A stretch of DNA of 64,000 nt from an uncultured Bacteroidota bacterium (GCA_902618245.1 CACMZR010000001.1:213507-277506), one strand, 5' to 3'. Counted from the stretch's first letter, positions 47,124 to 56,314 are shown. Notes: a model not told the origin generated them from the letters alone. Translations and numbers: made by a program.

Positions 47124-47834
47124 TTGACGATGCAGCCAAAAAAAAATGAAAAAGTAGATTTAACGAAAAACAGCAGTTTGTATTTTGTAATAGGCTTATC
47201 TGTTGTTTTATTAGTCACATGGCAAACCATTGAATGGAAAACTTATAAAAAAACTTATGATTATGAAGCTCTGAATGTGGAGGATGACGATGATGAGGAC
47301 ATCCCAATTACAGAACAAATTAAAACCCCACCACCCACCCCCCCACCTCCCCCTCCTGCACCAGAAATAATTGAAATTGTTGAGGATGAAGAAGAGGTTG
47401 AAGAAACTGTAATTGAGTCAACTGAAACAGATGAAGAGGAAATTGTTGAAATTGTAGAAGTAGAGGAAGAAGAAGTTGATATAGACGTACCTTTCGCTGT
47501 TATTGAGGATGTGCCAATTTTCCCAGGTTGTGAAAGAGTTAAGAAATCTGAGAGACGTAATTGTTTTCAAGAAAAAATGAATAAGCATATAAGGAAAAAC
47601 TTCCGCTACCCAGAAATAGCCCAGGAAATGGGTATACAAGGGCGAGTATATGTCAACTTTATAATATCTAAAGATGGGAGTATTACAAATATTAGGATGC
47701 GCGGACCGGATAAAAATTTGGAAAAAGAAGCAGAGCGTATAATATCAAAACTTCCTTCTATGACACCAGGTAAGCAAAGAGGTCGACCTGTTAGGGTTCC
47801 TTTTAGCATCCCTATTACATTCAGATTGCAATAA
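47124..47834 (+). CDS. TonB-family energy transducer
   Basis: It has an N-terminal TM helix, an acidic tract, a poly-Pro linker (PPPTPPPPPPAPE), an E/V-rich tract and a C-terminal TonB_C-like domain (PEIAQEMGIQGRVYVNFIISKDGSI and VRVPFSIPITF). The ORF starts at a TTG, with an in-frame ATG 6 nt later. Confidence 0.8.
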   Translation: MTMQPKKNEKVDLTKNSSLYFVIGLSVVLLVTWQTIEWKTYKKTYDYEALNVEDDDDEDIPITEQIKTPPPTPPPPPPAPEIIEIVEDEEEVEETVIESTETDEEEIVEIVEVEEEEVDIDVPFAVIEDVPIFPGCERVKKSERRNCFQEKMNKHIRKNFRYPEIAQEMGIQGRVYVNFIISKDGSITNIRMRGPDKNLEKEAERIISKLPSMTPGKQRGRPVRVPFSIPITFRLQ

Positions 47835-47878
47835 AATTTATCTAGGGATAATTCATTGCTCAATGACTTATTCTGCAC

Positions 47879-47886
47879 TATATTTG
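47879..47886 (+). promoter_or_regulatory. Candidate -7 box (TATATTTG) upstream of the ctaB cluster
   Basis: This is an exact TAnnTTTG match 8 nt before an ATGATGATG triplet and 21 nt before the ctaB ATG. Confidence 0.4.
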
Positions 47887-47907
47887 CTTGTTGAATGATG
47901 ATGTCTG

Positions 47908-48810
47908 ATGCTTCTTTATAAAACCATTTCAATAAACACACGGTATCAAAATTTAATTGATTTTTCTCAGCTTACAAAACTAAGGCTGTCAATTTCAATT
48001 GTATTGTCGTCAATCGCCGGTTATTTTTTAGCTGCTGAGGAGATTGACTATATCTCCCTAGTTTTACTTATAATAGGAGGTTTTTCTATGGTCGGAGCCT
48101 CAAATGTTTTTAATCAAATATTTGAGAAAGACTTAGACAAGAAAATGTTAAGAACGCAAAATAGACCACTTCCTGATGGGAGGATTCAACCTAAGACTGC
48201 GATGTTTATAGGAGTTATGCTTACTATGATTGGAGTTGTTTGCCTTTATTTAATAAACTTAAAAACTGCGTTCTTTGCATGCATCTCCACATTTTTGTAT
48301 GCTTGCTTATACACTCCTCTTAAACAAAAAACACCACTATCAGTTTTTGTGGGTGCCTTCCCAGGAGCGATACCATTTATGTTGGGGTGGGTAGCTGCAA
48401 CAAATAAGTTTGGAATTGAACCTGGATTATTATTTATGTTACAGTTTTTTTGGCAATTTCCCCATTTTTGGGCGATAGGATGGCTTATGCATGATCAGTA
48501 CGAATCTGCAGGTTTTAAAATGTTACCCTCTGGATCAAAAGATCAAAGTACAGCTTTCCAAGTTGTTTTTTATACACTTTGGACAATCTTAATTTCACTT
48601 ATACCTTCATTCAAATTTACTGGTATGCTTTACTTAACCAAAGTAGCCTCAATACTAATATTACTATTAGGAATAATGTTTTTTTATTTTGCTATAAATT
48701 TAATGTTGTCAAAAACCGACAAATCTGCAAGTCTTTTAATCAAATCAAGCATTATTTACATAACAGGAGTACAAATTGTTTATGTGCTAGATAAATTATT
48801 ATTCCAATGA
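47908..48810 (+). CDS. ctaB: Protohaem IX farnesyltransferase (haem O synthase)
   Basis: 300 aa, UbiA family. It carries NQIFEKDLDKKMLRTQNRPLP and a polytopic profile. It heads a cluster of oxidase subunit genes. Confidence 0.9.
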   Translation: MLLYKTISINTRYQNLIDFSQLTKLRLSISIVLSSIAGYFLAAEEIDYISLVLLIIGGFSMVGASNVFNQIFEKDLDKKMLRTQNRPLPDGRIQPKTAMFIGVMLTMIGVVCLYLINLKTAFFACISTFLYACLYTPLKQKTPLSVFVGAFPGAIPFMLGWVAATNKFGIEPGLLFMLQFFWQFPHFWAIGWLMHDQYESAGFKMLPSGSKDQSTAFQVVFYTLWTILISLIPSFKFTGMLYLTKVASILILLLGIMFFYFAINLMLSKTDKSASLLIKSSIIYITGVQIVYVLDKLLFQ

Positions 48811-49382
48811 GTAATGACGAAATATTATTAAAGTCCAATAAAGCAAAAAAAATGATGCTTTGGCTTGGTATGATAAGTATGAGTATGACTTTCGCTGGTC
48901 TTACAAGCGCATATGTGGTCAGTAGCTCACGAGCAGATTGGATACAACAAATTGACCTCCCTTTTGATTTCACTATTAGTTCTCTAATAATTATTTTGAG
49001 TAGTGTAACTTTTTATTTAGCATTTAAAATGCTAAGAATGAAAAATTTGAAATTGACTCAGTTATTAATTAGTATAACCCTATTATTAGCTTTAGCATTT
49101 ATTTATTTTCAAATACAAGGTTTCAATGGGATAATAGACACCGGATATTATTTTACAGGACCTGAAAGTTCAATTACGACATCTTACCTGTATATATTAG
49201 TTTTGTTACATATGGCACATCTTGGTGCAGGGATTATAATTGTTTTATATGTTTTGCTTAATACTTTTAAGGGGCTTTATTTTGAAGGGAATACATTAGG
49301 ATTTGAACTGGCCTTAACTTTTTGGCATTTTCTTGATATACTGTGGCTATATTTATATTTATTCGTTTCATTCTATGGTTAA
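48807..49382 (+). CDS. Cytochrome c oxidase subunit III family protein (short form)
   Basis: 191 aa with 5 TM helices. The C-terminal FWHFLDILWLYLYLF signature is present. The start overlaps the ctaB stop (ATGA). Confidence 0.75.
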   Translation: MSNDEILLKSNKAKKMMLWLGMISMSMTFAGLTSAYVVSSSRADWIQQIDLPFDFTISSLIIILSSVTFYLAFKMLRMKNLKLTQLLISITLLLALAFIYFQIQGFNGIIDTGYYFTGPESSITTSYLYILVLLHMAHLGAGIIIVLYVLLNTFKGLYFEGNTLGFELALTFWHFLDILWLYLYLFVSFYG

Positions 49383-49418
49383 ATTTTATAAATTTATATC
49401 GGATTTGACTTTAAACAT

Positions 49419-50399
49419 ATGGAAGTAACTACAAACACACAAGTCAACGAGAGAGAACTTTGGAGTGGTGGAGCTAAACCTTTTAGTGCAAGCTATGGGA
49501 AGATAATGATGTGGTTTTTCATTGTTTCAGATGCATTGACTTTTACTGGATTCCTAGTTTCTTATGGTTTTTCAAGATTTAAAAATATTAACTCATGGCC
49601 GATTGCCGATGAGGTTTTCACCCACTTCCCATTTTTACATGGTATTGATGCTCCAATGTACTATGTTGCTTTAATGACATTTATTTTAATTTTTTCATCT
49701 GTTACTATGGTGCTTGCTGTTGACGCTGGTCATCATATGAATAAGTCTAAAGTTACTTTTTATATGTTATTAACCATTATTGGTGGAGCCATTTTTGTTG
49801 GATCACAGGCCTGGGAATGGAAGAATTTTATAAAAGGTGAATACGGTGCACTAGAGACAAAAGGAGGCCAAATACTTCAGTTTGTTAATTTAGAAAATAA
49901 TAAGCGCATATCTGTCCAGGATTTTGCAATTGGAATTAATTCAGAACGCCAAACCCACAAATCAAATATTGGCCTTTGGTATCAGAATGAAAAAACACTT
50001 CCAAAAATTACTTTGGAAGAGGTTAAAAAGGGTTTTTTAGCTAATCCTAATCTTACGATAAGAACGGAACAGATTTCTGAAAATGGTCAAAAAACTTTGC
50101 TTTCAAGAGATGAAGCAATTTACAAGATAGATGATGCAATAGGAGTTGTTGAAGGGGCAAATTTGATACACAATGAGTATGGGAACAGATTATTCGCCGA
50201 CTTCTTTTTCTTTATAACTGGTTTTCACGGTTTTCATGTATTTTCAGGAGTCGTTATAAATATCATAATATTTTTTAATGTTATACTGGGAACTTATGAG
50301 AAAAGAGGTCACTATGAAATGGTTGAGAAAGTAGGATTATATTGGCATTTTGTAGACCTAGTATGGGTTTTTGTGTTTACATTTTTCTATCTCGTTTAA
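49419..50399 (+). CDS. ctaE: Cytochrome c oxidase subunit III (long form with a ~120-aa hydrophilic insertion)
   Basis: 326 aa. It carries GFHGFHVFSGV and YWHFVDLVWVFVFTFFYL. The hydrophilic segment KGEYGALETKGG...NEYGNRLF separates two membrane halves. Confidence 0.8.
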   Translation: MEVTTNTQVNERELWSGGAKPFSASYGKIMMWFFIVSDALTFTGFLVSYGFSRFKNINSWPIADEVFTHFPFLHGIDAPMYYVALMTFILIFSSVTMVLAVDAGHHMNKSKVTFYMLLTIIGGAIFVGSQAWEWKNFIKGEYGALETKGGQILQFVNLENNKRISVQDFAIGINSERQTHKSNIGLWYQNEKTLPKITLEEVKKGFLANPNLTIRTEQISENGQKTLLSRDEAIYKIDDAIGVVEGANLIHNEYGNRLFADFFFFITGFHGFHVFSGVVINIIIFFNVILGTYEKRGHYEMVEKVGLYWHFVDLVWVFVFTFFYLV

Positions 50400-50409
50400 A
50401 ATAATTATT

Positions 50410-50793
50410 ATGGCAGAAGGACATCATAAACTAGCAATTTTTAGAGGGCTATTAAAATTTAAATCTAACCAACAAAAGATTTGGGGTGTTTTAATTTTTC
50501 TATCAATAGTTACAACTATTGAAGTAGGATTAGGAATTTTAAAGCCTGAAATTCTTATGGCAAGTTTTCTAAGAATGAAACTTCTTAACTGGATTTTTAT
50601 TTTACTAACAATCGTAAAAGCATATTATATCGCATGGGATTTTATGCATATTCGTGATGAACGAAGTGGCTTAAAAAATTCAATAGTCTTACCATTAGTG
50701 ATTTTGATTCCATATCTTATATTTATTCTTATACTAGAGGCAGATTATATTTTTGATGTTATGGATATTGGATTTGTTTCCTGGAATTTCTAA
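50410..50793 (+). CDS. Cytochrome c oxidase subunit IV-like small membrane protein
   Basis: About 127 aa from the ATG at 50410 (MAEGHHKL), with 3 TM helices, directly after subunit III. The ORF-track start at 50371 is a TTG inside ctaE. Confidence 0.6.
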   Translation: MAEGHHKLAIFRGLLKFKSNQQKIWGVLIFLSIVTTIEVGLGILKPEILMASFLRMKLLNWIFILLTIVKAYYIAWDFMHIRDERSGLKNSIVLPLVILIPYLIFILILEADYIFDVMDIGFVSWNF

Positions 50794-50859
50794 CCTCGGA
50801 TAATCTTTAAAATATATTTCAACTAATTATTACTATTAATTCATAGTGAGTATAAATTT

Positions 50860-51516
50860 ATGACTAAGGATTTAAATAAAAAGCTTGTTTTAGGGATACT
50901 GTTTATATTCCCATTATTAGTTTATTTGTTTTTTGCTTCAGGGAAGAACAACTTCGCAAAGCTTCCAATTCTAACTGAAAAAGTAAATGAATTGCCTAAA
51001 GGTTATTTAGGTGAAAAAATTAAATTAAAGAATAAGATTACAATTCTAGGTTACTGGGGAGGAGATTTAAAAAATAAAAAGGCAGAGGCACTTAATTTAA
51101 ATGAAAAAATTTATAAAAGGTTTTACCAATTTGATGACTTTCAGTTTGTTTTTTTTGTAGACACTTTTCAAATTAAACAGGTTCAAGAATTGAAAAATGA
51201 ACTTGTAAAAGGAGTAGGGACTGATATTTCAAGATGGAATTTTTTACATACGACTTCGGAAAATATGAAAACTCATTTTAGCTCACTAAAAACTCCTTTT
51301 TTATTAGATGAATCAGGTAATACACCATATGTATTCATTATTGATAAAGATTTGAGTCTTAGGGGAAGAAATGATGATGAAGATTCAGGGACATTATACG
51401 CTTTTGATGCTCGGTCTGTAGCACAAATAAATAAAAAAATGATTGATGACGTAAAAGTGATACTTGCTGAATATCGACTGGCACTTAAAATTTATAATTC
51501 AGAAAGAGAAAAATGA
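50860..51516 (+). CDS. SCO1/SenC-like thioredoxin-fold protein lacking the CxxxC and His copper ligands (degenerate paralogue)
   Basis: 218 aa with an N-terminal TM helix. It is colinear with the downstream SCO1: ITILGYWGGDL against YVVEFFFTSCPTICP, WNFLHT against WHFLTG, and YVFIIDKDLSLRGR against YFALIDKKGFIRSR. It contains no cysteine at all. Confidence 0.6.
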   Translation: MTKDLNKKLVLGILFIFPLLVYLFFASGKNNFAKLPILTEKVNELPKGYLGEKIKLKNKITILGYWGGDLKNKKAEALNLNEKIYKRFYQFDDFQFVFFVDTFQIKQVQELKNELVKGVGTDISRWNFLHTTSENMKTHFSSLKTPFLLDESGNTPYVFIIDKDLSLRGRNDDEDSGTLYAFDARSVAQINKKMIDDVKVILAEYRLALKIYNSEREK

Positions 51517-52208
51517 AAAAGTTAAAAAGTGTTGGACTTTTTTTAATTATTATAATTTTTGGAATTTTATTTATTCCAAAAATTTTCAATAGAATTATTG
51601 ATAACAAAGTAGTAGATAATAATCGATCAACTTCCGCATCACCCCTTCAATTCATTTTTTTAAATGGTGATGCAAAAAAAGTCCCTGATTTTACGTTTTT
51701 TAACCAAGACAGTTTAATTATATCAAATGAAGACTTTAAAGATAAAGTTTATGTTGTTGAATTTTTCTTCACATCATGCCCAACTATTTGTCCTATCATG
51801 AATAAAAACATGAAAAAAATTGAAAATAAATTTGGAAGCAAAGAAAATTTTGGAATAGCATCTTTCACAGTTGATCCAACATTTGATACCCCTAAAGTTT
51901 TAAAAAATTATGCGGAATCATATGATGTATTTTCTCAAAATTGGCATTTTCTCACTGGTGAAAAGGAAAGTATATATTCTCTTGCCAACGAAGGATTTAA
52001 TATATTTGCGTCAGTAAACCCTAAAGTTGCAGGTGGTTTTGAACATCAAGGCTATTTTGCGTTGATTGATAAAAAAGGTTTTATCCGTTCACGCTCAGAT
52101 AAATATGGTAATCCCATAGTATATTATATGGGGGTTGATCAAGAAAACGTAAAAGTTCAAGAGGTGGATTTGCTCATTGAGGACATCGAAAAGTTATTAA
52201 AAGAATAG
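51513..52208 (+). CDS. SCO1/SenC family copper chaperone
   Basis: 231 aa with a TM anchor. It carries FFFTSCPTICP (CxxxCP), WHFLTG and the His in FEHQGYFALID. The start overlaps the upstream stop (ATGA). Confidence 0.88.
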   Translation: MKKLKSVGLFLIIIIFGILFIPKIFNRIIDNKVVDNNRSTSASPLQFIFLNGDAKKVPDFTFFNQDSLIISNEDFKDKVYVVEFFFTSCPTICPIMNKNMKKIENKFGSKENFGIASFTVDPTFDTPKVLKNYAESYDVFSQNWHFLTGEKESIYSLANEGFNIFASVNPKVAGGFEHQGYFALIDKKGFIRSRSDKYGNPIVYYMGVDQENVKVQEVDLLIEDIEKLLKE

Positions 52209-52211
52209 AAA

Positions 52212-52745
52212 ATGAATAAAAGTGGTAAACTAATTACAAAAAAATATACCCCTTGGGTTTGGACATTATCGATTGCCATTCCAATAGTAGTTGTGATTCT
52301 TTTTATGATTAAAATTCCTAATGTAAAACCGCTTACTTTCCTCCCACCTACTTATGCTATCATTAATGCAATCACTGCTTTGGTTCTTGTTTTTGCTTAT
52401 ATAGCAATTAAAAAGAAAAAAATGATTCTCCACGAAAGGCTTATGAAAATAGCAATATCCTTATCTGTTGTTTTTCTTGCCATGTATGTTGCATATCACA
52501 TGACTTCTGACCCTACACCATACGGAGGCCAAGGGATTTTAAGACCAATATATTATTTTATTCTTATAAGCCACATTTTACTTTCAGTAGGTATTATACC
52601 AATGGTATTAGTTACCTATGTACGTGCGATATCAAAATTTTTCGAAAATCATAAAAAGATTGCAAGATATACCTTTCCGATATGGATGTATATAGCAGTT
52701 ACAGGAGTGATTGTATATTTAATGATTTCACCTTATTATGCTTAA
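52212..52745 (+). CDS. DUF420-family membrane protein (oxidase-associated; I recall B. subtilis CtaM being of this type)
   Basis: 177 aa with 4-5 TM helices. It carries a conserved-looking HER.MK and YFILISHILLS. It lies 3 nt after SCO1. Confidence 0.6.
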   Translation: MNKSGKLITKKYTPWVWTLSIAIPIVVVILFMIKIPNVKPLTFLPPTYAIINAITALVLVFAYIAIKKKKMILHERLMKIAISLSVVFLAMYVAYHMTSDPTPYGGQGILRPIYYFILISHILLSVGIIPMVLVTYVRAISKFFENHKKIARYTFPIWMYIAVTGVIVYLMISPYYA

Positions 52746-52965
52746 AATAAATACACCCTTTGTTTTAATATTTATATTTTCTCTTCTTATTCTTTGCTCT
52801 GATGCTTACAGTCAGTGTTCAATGTGTAGAGCTGTACTTGAGTCTGAGGAAGGGCAATCTACAGCTAAAGGTATAAACAATGGAATTTTGTATTTGATGG
52901 CAATTCCTTATTTTTTGGTTGGGTTAGCAGGCTGGAAAATATACAAGATTTTAAAGAAAAAATAA
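52738..52965 (+). CDS. Small bitopic protein with an N-terminal signal, a CxxC motif and a C-terminal TM anchor
   Basis: 75 aa: MLKINTPFVLIFIFSLLILCSDAYSQCSMCRAV...ILYLMAIPYFLVGLAGWKIYKILKKK. The start overlaps the DUF420 stop by 8 nt (ATGCTTAA). Confidence 0.5.
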   Translation: MLKINTPFVLIFIFSLLILCSDAYSQCSMCRAVLESEEGQSTAKGINNGILYLMAIPYFLVGLAGWKIYKILKKK

Positions 52966-53107
52966 TTATATCCCTTAGTTCAAACAGAAATATTTTACTA
53001 AAAAGAGTTGAAACTTAACATATTTTTAAACTAAATTTTAACTCTTAAACCGTAATTTTACACCACCTTTGCCAAATAATCAAATTTAAGAACTGTAAAT
53101 TGTCTTA

Positions 53108-53809
53108 ATGATTAAATTAAAAAACCTTCATAAATCATATAAAATGGGGTCCTCCTCATTGCATGTTCTTAAGGGGATTAACCTAAATATAGAGGATGGT
53201 GAACTAGTTGCAATTATGGGATCTTCGGGATCTGGAAAATCAACTTTACTGAATATTTTAGGTATGCTCGATACAGCAGACAAAGGCGATTATATTTTAG
53301 ACAGTTTTAAGATTGAAAATTTAAATGAGACTAAAGCAGCAAAATATAGGAACAAGTTTCTTGGGTTTATTTTTCAGTCATTCAATTTGATAAATTATAA
53401 GACTGCTCTAGAAAATATTTCATTACCCCTATATTATCAAGGGATATCAAGAAAAGAAAGGCAGCAAATAGCTTTAGATTATCTTCACCGAGTAGGTTTA
53501 AAAGAGTGGGCAACTCATTTACCTAGTGAACTTTCTGGAGGTCAAAAACAAAGGGTAGCTATAGCCAGAGCTATGGCTTCAAAACCAAAAGTTCTTTTAG
53601 CTGACGAACCAACTGGAGCTTTAGATACTAAGACTTCATGCGATGTAATGGACTTAATACAAAAAATCAATGAAGAGGGCAAGACAATATTAGTAGTAAC
53701 TCATGAGTTAGAGATAGCAAAAATGTGTAAAAGAATTGTGAAACTCAAAGATGGAGTTATAGTTGAAGATAGCAAAGTTAAACAGGTCAAAGCCTCATCA
53801 TATGTTTAA
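53108..53809 (+). CDS. ABC transporter ATP-binding protein (MacB/LolD type)
   Basis: Motifs present are Walker A GSSGSGKST, signature LSGGQKQRVAIARA and Walker B LLADEPTGALD. Confidence 0.93.
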   Translation: MIKLKNLHKSYKMGSSSLHVLKGINLNIEDGELVAIMGSSGSGKSTLLNILGMLDTADKGDYILDSFKIENLNETKAAKYRNKFLGFIFQSFNLINYKTALENISLPLYYQGISRKERQQIALDYLHRVGLKEWATHLPSELSGGQKQRVAIARAMASKPKVLLADEPTGALDTKTSCDVMDLIQKINEEGKTILVVTHELEIAKMCKRIVKLKDGVIVEDSKVKQVKASSYV

Positions 53810-55031
53810 TAGAGATCGCTGGACAGAAATTTTTGAAACTATAGGTAAAAATAAGCTGAGGACTTTTCTTTCTGGTTTTACAGTTTCTCTAGGTATTTTT
53901 ATTTTTATCATTTTATTTGGTCTTGGTAATGGTCTTAAAAATACTTTTCAAGAGTTTTTTTTAGATGACGCCAGTAATGCCATTTTCTTATATCCTGGAA
54001 AAACTTCAAAACCTTATAAAGGTTTTAAGGCGAACAGGCGTATTGAATTTAGAAATAACGATTTAATGGATATTAAAGAAAACTTTTCATTTTATTTAGA
54101 ACACCTAACACCAAGAATAACTCGAAATGCACTGATAAGATATAAAAACCAGAGTAATAATTACAGTACTCGTGCAGTTGCCCCTGGACATCAGTTCGTT
54201 GAAAAAACAATATTGATGAAAGGAAGATATATTAATCAATCTGATATAAGTCGTAAAACCAAAGTTGCTGTGATTGGACGAATGGTAGCTAAAGATTTAT
54301 TTAAGTCTGAGGAAGCAATTGGTAAATACATCAATTTAGGTTCTTCAGCATTTAAGGTTGTTGGAATTTTTCAAGATGAGGGTGGAGATAATGAAGAAAG
54401 AAATATTTATATACCCTTTACAACTAGACAGCTAATTGAAAAAAGTAATGATAAAGTAGACCAAATTATACTAACATATAGAAAAGAACTAGGCTACCTT
54501 GGAGCAATGGGCTTAGAAAACGGGCTCAAAAAGTATTTTAAAGAAAAAAAATCGGTCTCTCCTGAGGATCCAAATGGCTTTTACATAAGAAATATAGCAG
54601 ATGATTTAAGAGAAACACAACAATTTGCCGTAGTACTTCAACTTATTGTAAGTTTTGTTGGACTAGGAACACTGATAGCGGGAATTATAGGTATTTCAAA
54701 TATTATGGTTTTTGTAGTTAAAGAGCGCACTAAAGAATTAGGTATAAGAAAAGCCTTAGGCGCTACACCAAATTCAGTAATAAAAATGGTTCTTCAGGAA
54801 TCTGTATTTATAACTATTATATCTGGTTATTTAGGCTTAATTTCTGGAGTTTTGGTTCTTGAAAACATAGGAGTAAAATTGGACAAATATTTCATTAAAA
54901 ACCCTTTTATTGAAATTTCAACGGCTTTAATGGCAACAGTTGTACTAATTATCTTTGGGGCAATTGCCGGTTATATTCCTGCAAAAAGGGCCTCAAGCAT
55001 CAAACCTATAATTGCCTTAAGAGATGAATAA
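53802..55031 (+). CDS. ABC transporter permease, FtsX/MacB type (paralogue 1)
   Basis: It starts MFNRDRWTEIFETIGKNKLRTFLSG, then has a large periplasmic domain and a C-terminal FtsX domain (KERTKELGIRKALGAT). I prefer the ATG at 53802, which overlaps the ATPase stop (ATGTTTAA), over the TTG at 53763. Confidence 0.88.
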   Translation: MFNRDRWTEIFETIGKNKLRTFLSGFTVSLGIFIFIILFGLGNGLKNTFQEFFLDDASNAIFLYPGKTSKPYKGFKANRRIEFRNNDLMDIKENFSFYLEHLTPRITRNALIRYKNQSNNYSTRAVAPGHQFVEKTILMKGRYINQSDISRKTKVAVIGRMVAKDLFKSEEAIGKYINLGSSAFKVVGIFQDEGGDNEERNIYIPFTTRQLIEKSNDKVDQIILTYRKELGYLGAMGLENGLKKYFKEKKSVSPEDPNGFYIRNIADDLRETQQFAVVLQLIVSFVGLGTLIAGIIGISNIMVFVVKERTKELGIRKALGATPNSVIKMVLQESVFITIISGYLGLISGVLVLENIGVKLDKYFIKNPFIEISTALMATVVLIIFGAIAGYIPAKRASSIKPIIALRDE

Positions 55032-56298
55032 TTTAAAGACGATTTTTGATAGGGATACATGGCAAGAAATTTTTGGATCAATATCAAAAAACAAGGTGAG
55101 AACTGTCATCACTGTGATTGGGGTTTTATGGGGAATATTTATCTATATTACTTTATCTGGAGCCGCAAAAGGGCTAGATAATGGTTTTGAGCGCCAGTTT
55201 GAAAATATAGCAATGAATTCAATGTTTATTTGGGCTGAAAGGACAAGCATACCCTATGCTGGGTTCAAAACAGGAAGAAATATTCAGCTAACACTTTCAG
55301 ATATGGATTATATTAAAAAAACAATTCCAGAGGTTCAATTTATAGCACCTAGAAACTCACGGGGTGTATTTTGGGGTGGCCCACCTTTAGTTGTAAGAAA
55401 GAATAAATCAAGCAACTACAATATTTATGGTGACTTTCCCGATTATACAAGAATTGCAACAAAAAAAATCTTCAACGGTGGTCGCTTTATCAACGAAGAG
55501 GACATAAAATTCAAAAGAAAAGTATGCGTCATAGGCGAAAGAACGAAAACAGAATTATTTGATAAAGACGAAGATCCAATTGGAAAGTATATAAAAATTG
55601 ATGATATATATTTTCAAGTAATTGGAGTTCACAAGTTTATTCCTGGAGGTGGATTTGAAACTGATGGAGATATTTTTATTCCATTTGAAACATTTAAAAG
55701 ACTATATAATACTGGTGATGATGTAATGTGGTTTACGATAGCTGCGTATGATGATGCTGATGTGGTTTCTGTTGAAAAAAAAATAAAAGCTGCTTTAAAG
55801 AGATTACACAATGTTTCTCCTGAAGATGACCGTGCGTTTGGAGGGTTTAATCTAGGAGAAATTTTTAATAAAATTATGGGATTCTCAAAAGGGATGACAC
55901 TTTTGTCACTGATTGTAGGCATTGCTACAATAATGGCAGGTGTAATTGGAATTGGGAATATTCTTTTAATTTCAGTAAAAGAAAGAACAAAAGAACTTGG
56001 TGTAAGAAGGGCTCTCGGTGCTACTCCCAATGAGGTACGTAATCAAATTATTTTAGAATCGGTCTTTCTTACACTTGTCGCTGGAATATTTGGTATTATT
56101 TTAGGAGCTTTTGTTTTATTTGGTATTAGCTCTGCTACAAAAGATTTAACTGACTTCCCATATACAAATCCAACAGTACCAATCCCATATATCCTTGGAG
56201 CACTATTTCTAATGATTTTTCTTGGAACACTTATTGGACTTATTCCTGCTCAAAGAGCAGTTAACTTGAAACCTATAGATGCACTAAGAGAAGAATAA
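55024..56298 (+). CDS. ABC transporter permease, FtsX/MacB type (paralogue 2)
   Basis: It has the same architecture (DRDTWQEIFGSISKNKVRT and KERTKELGVRRALGAT). It overlaps the previous gene by 8 nt. Confidence 0.88.
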   Translation: MNNLKTIFDRDTWQEIFGSISKNKVRTVITVIGVLWGIFIYITLSGAAKGLDNGFERQFENIAMNSMFIWAERTSIPYAGFKTGRNIQLTLSDMDYIKKTIPEVQFIAPRNSRGVFWGGPPLVVRKNKSSNYNIYGDFPDYTRIATKKIFNGGRFINEEDIKFKRKVCVIGERTKTELFDKDEDPIGKYIKIDDIYFQVIGVHKFIPGGGFETDGDIFIPFETFKRLYNTGDDVMWFTIAAYDDADVVSVEKKIKAALKRLHNVSPEDDRAFGGFNLGEIFNKIMGFSKGMTLLSLIVGIATIMAGVIGIGNILLISVKERTKELGVRRALGATPNEVRNQIILESVFLTLVAGIFGIILGAFVLFGISSATKDLTDFPYTNPTVPIPYILGALFLMIFLGTLIGLIPAQRAVNLKPIDALREE

Positions 56299-56314
56299 AA
56301 ACTATAAACAACTA

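Noticed and set aside
47330-47365. C-rich tract (ccaccacccacccccccacctccccctcct) in the TonB-like gene, considered as a possible slipped-strand phase-variation site.
   Set aside because: The tract is interrupted, and its longest pure C run is 7. It simply encodes the poly-proline linker typical of TonB. No frameshifted alternative ORF is apparent.
53003-53046. Inverted repeat AAGAGTT ... AACTCTT in the gap before the ABC operon.
   Set aside because: It has 7 bp arms and a ~30-nt A/T-rich loop. This is expected by chance at this composition.
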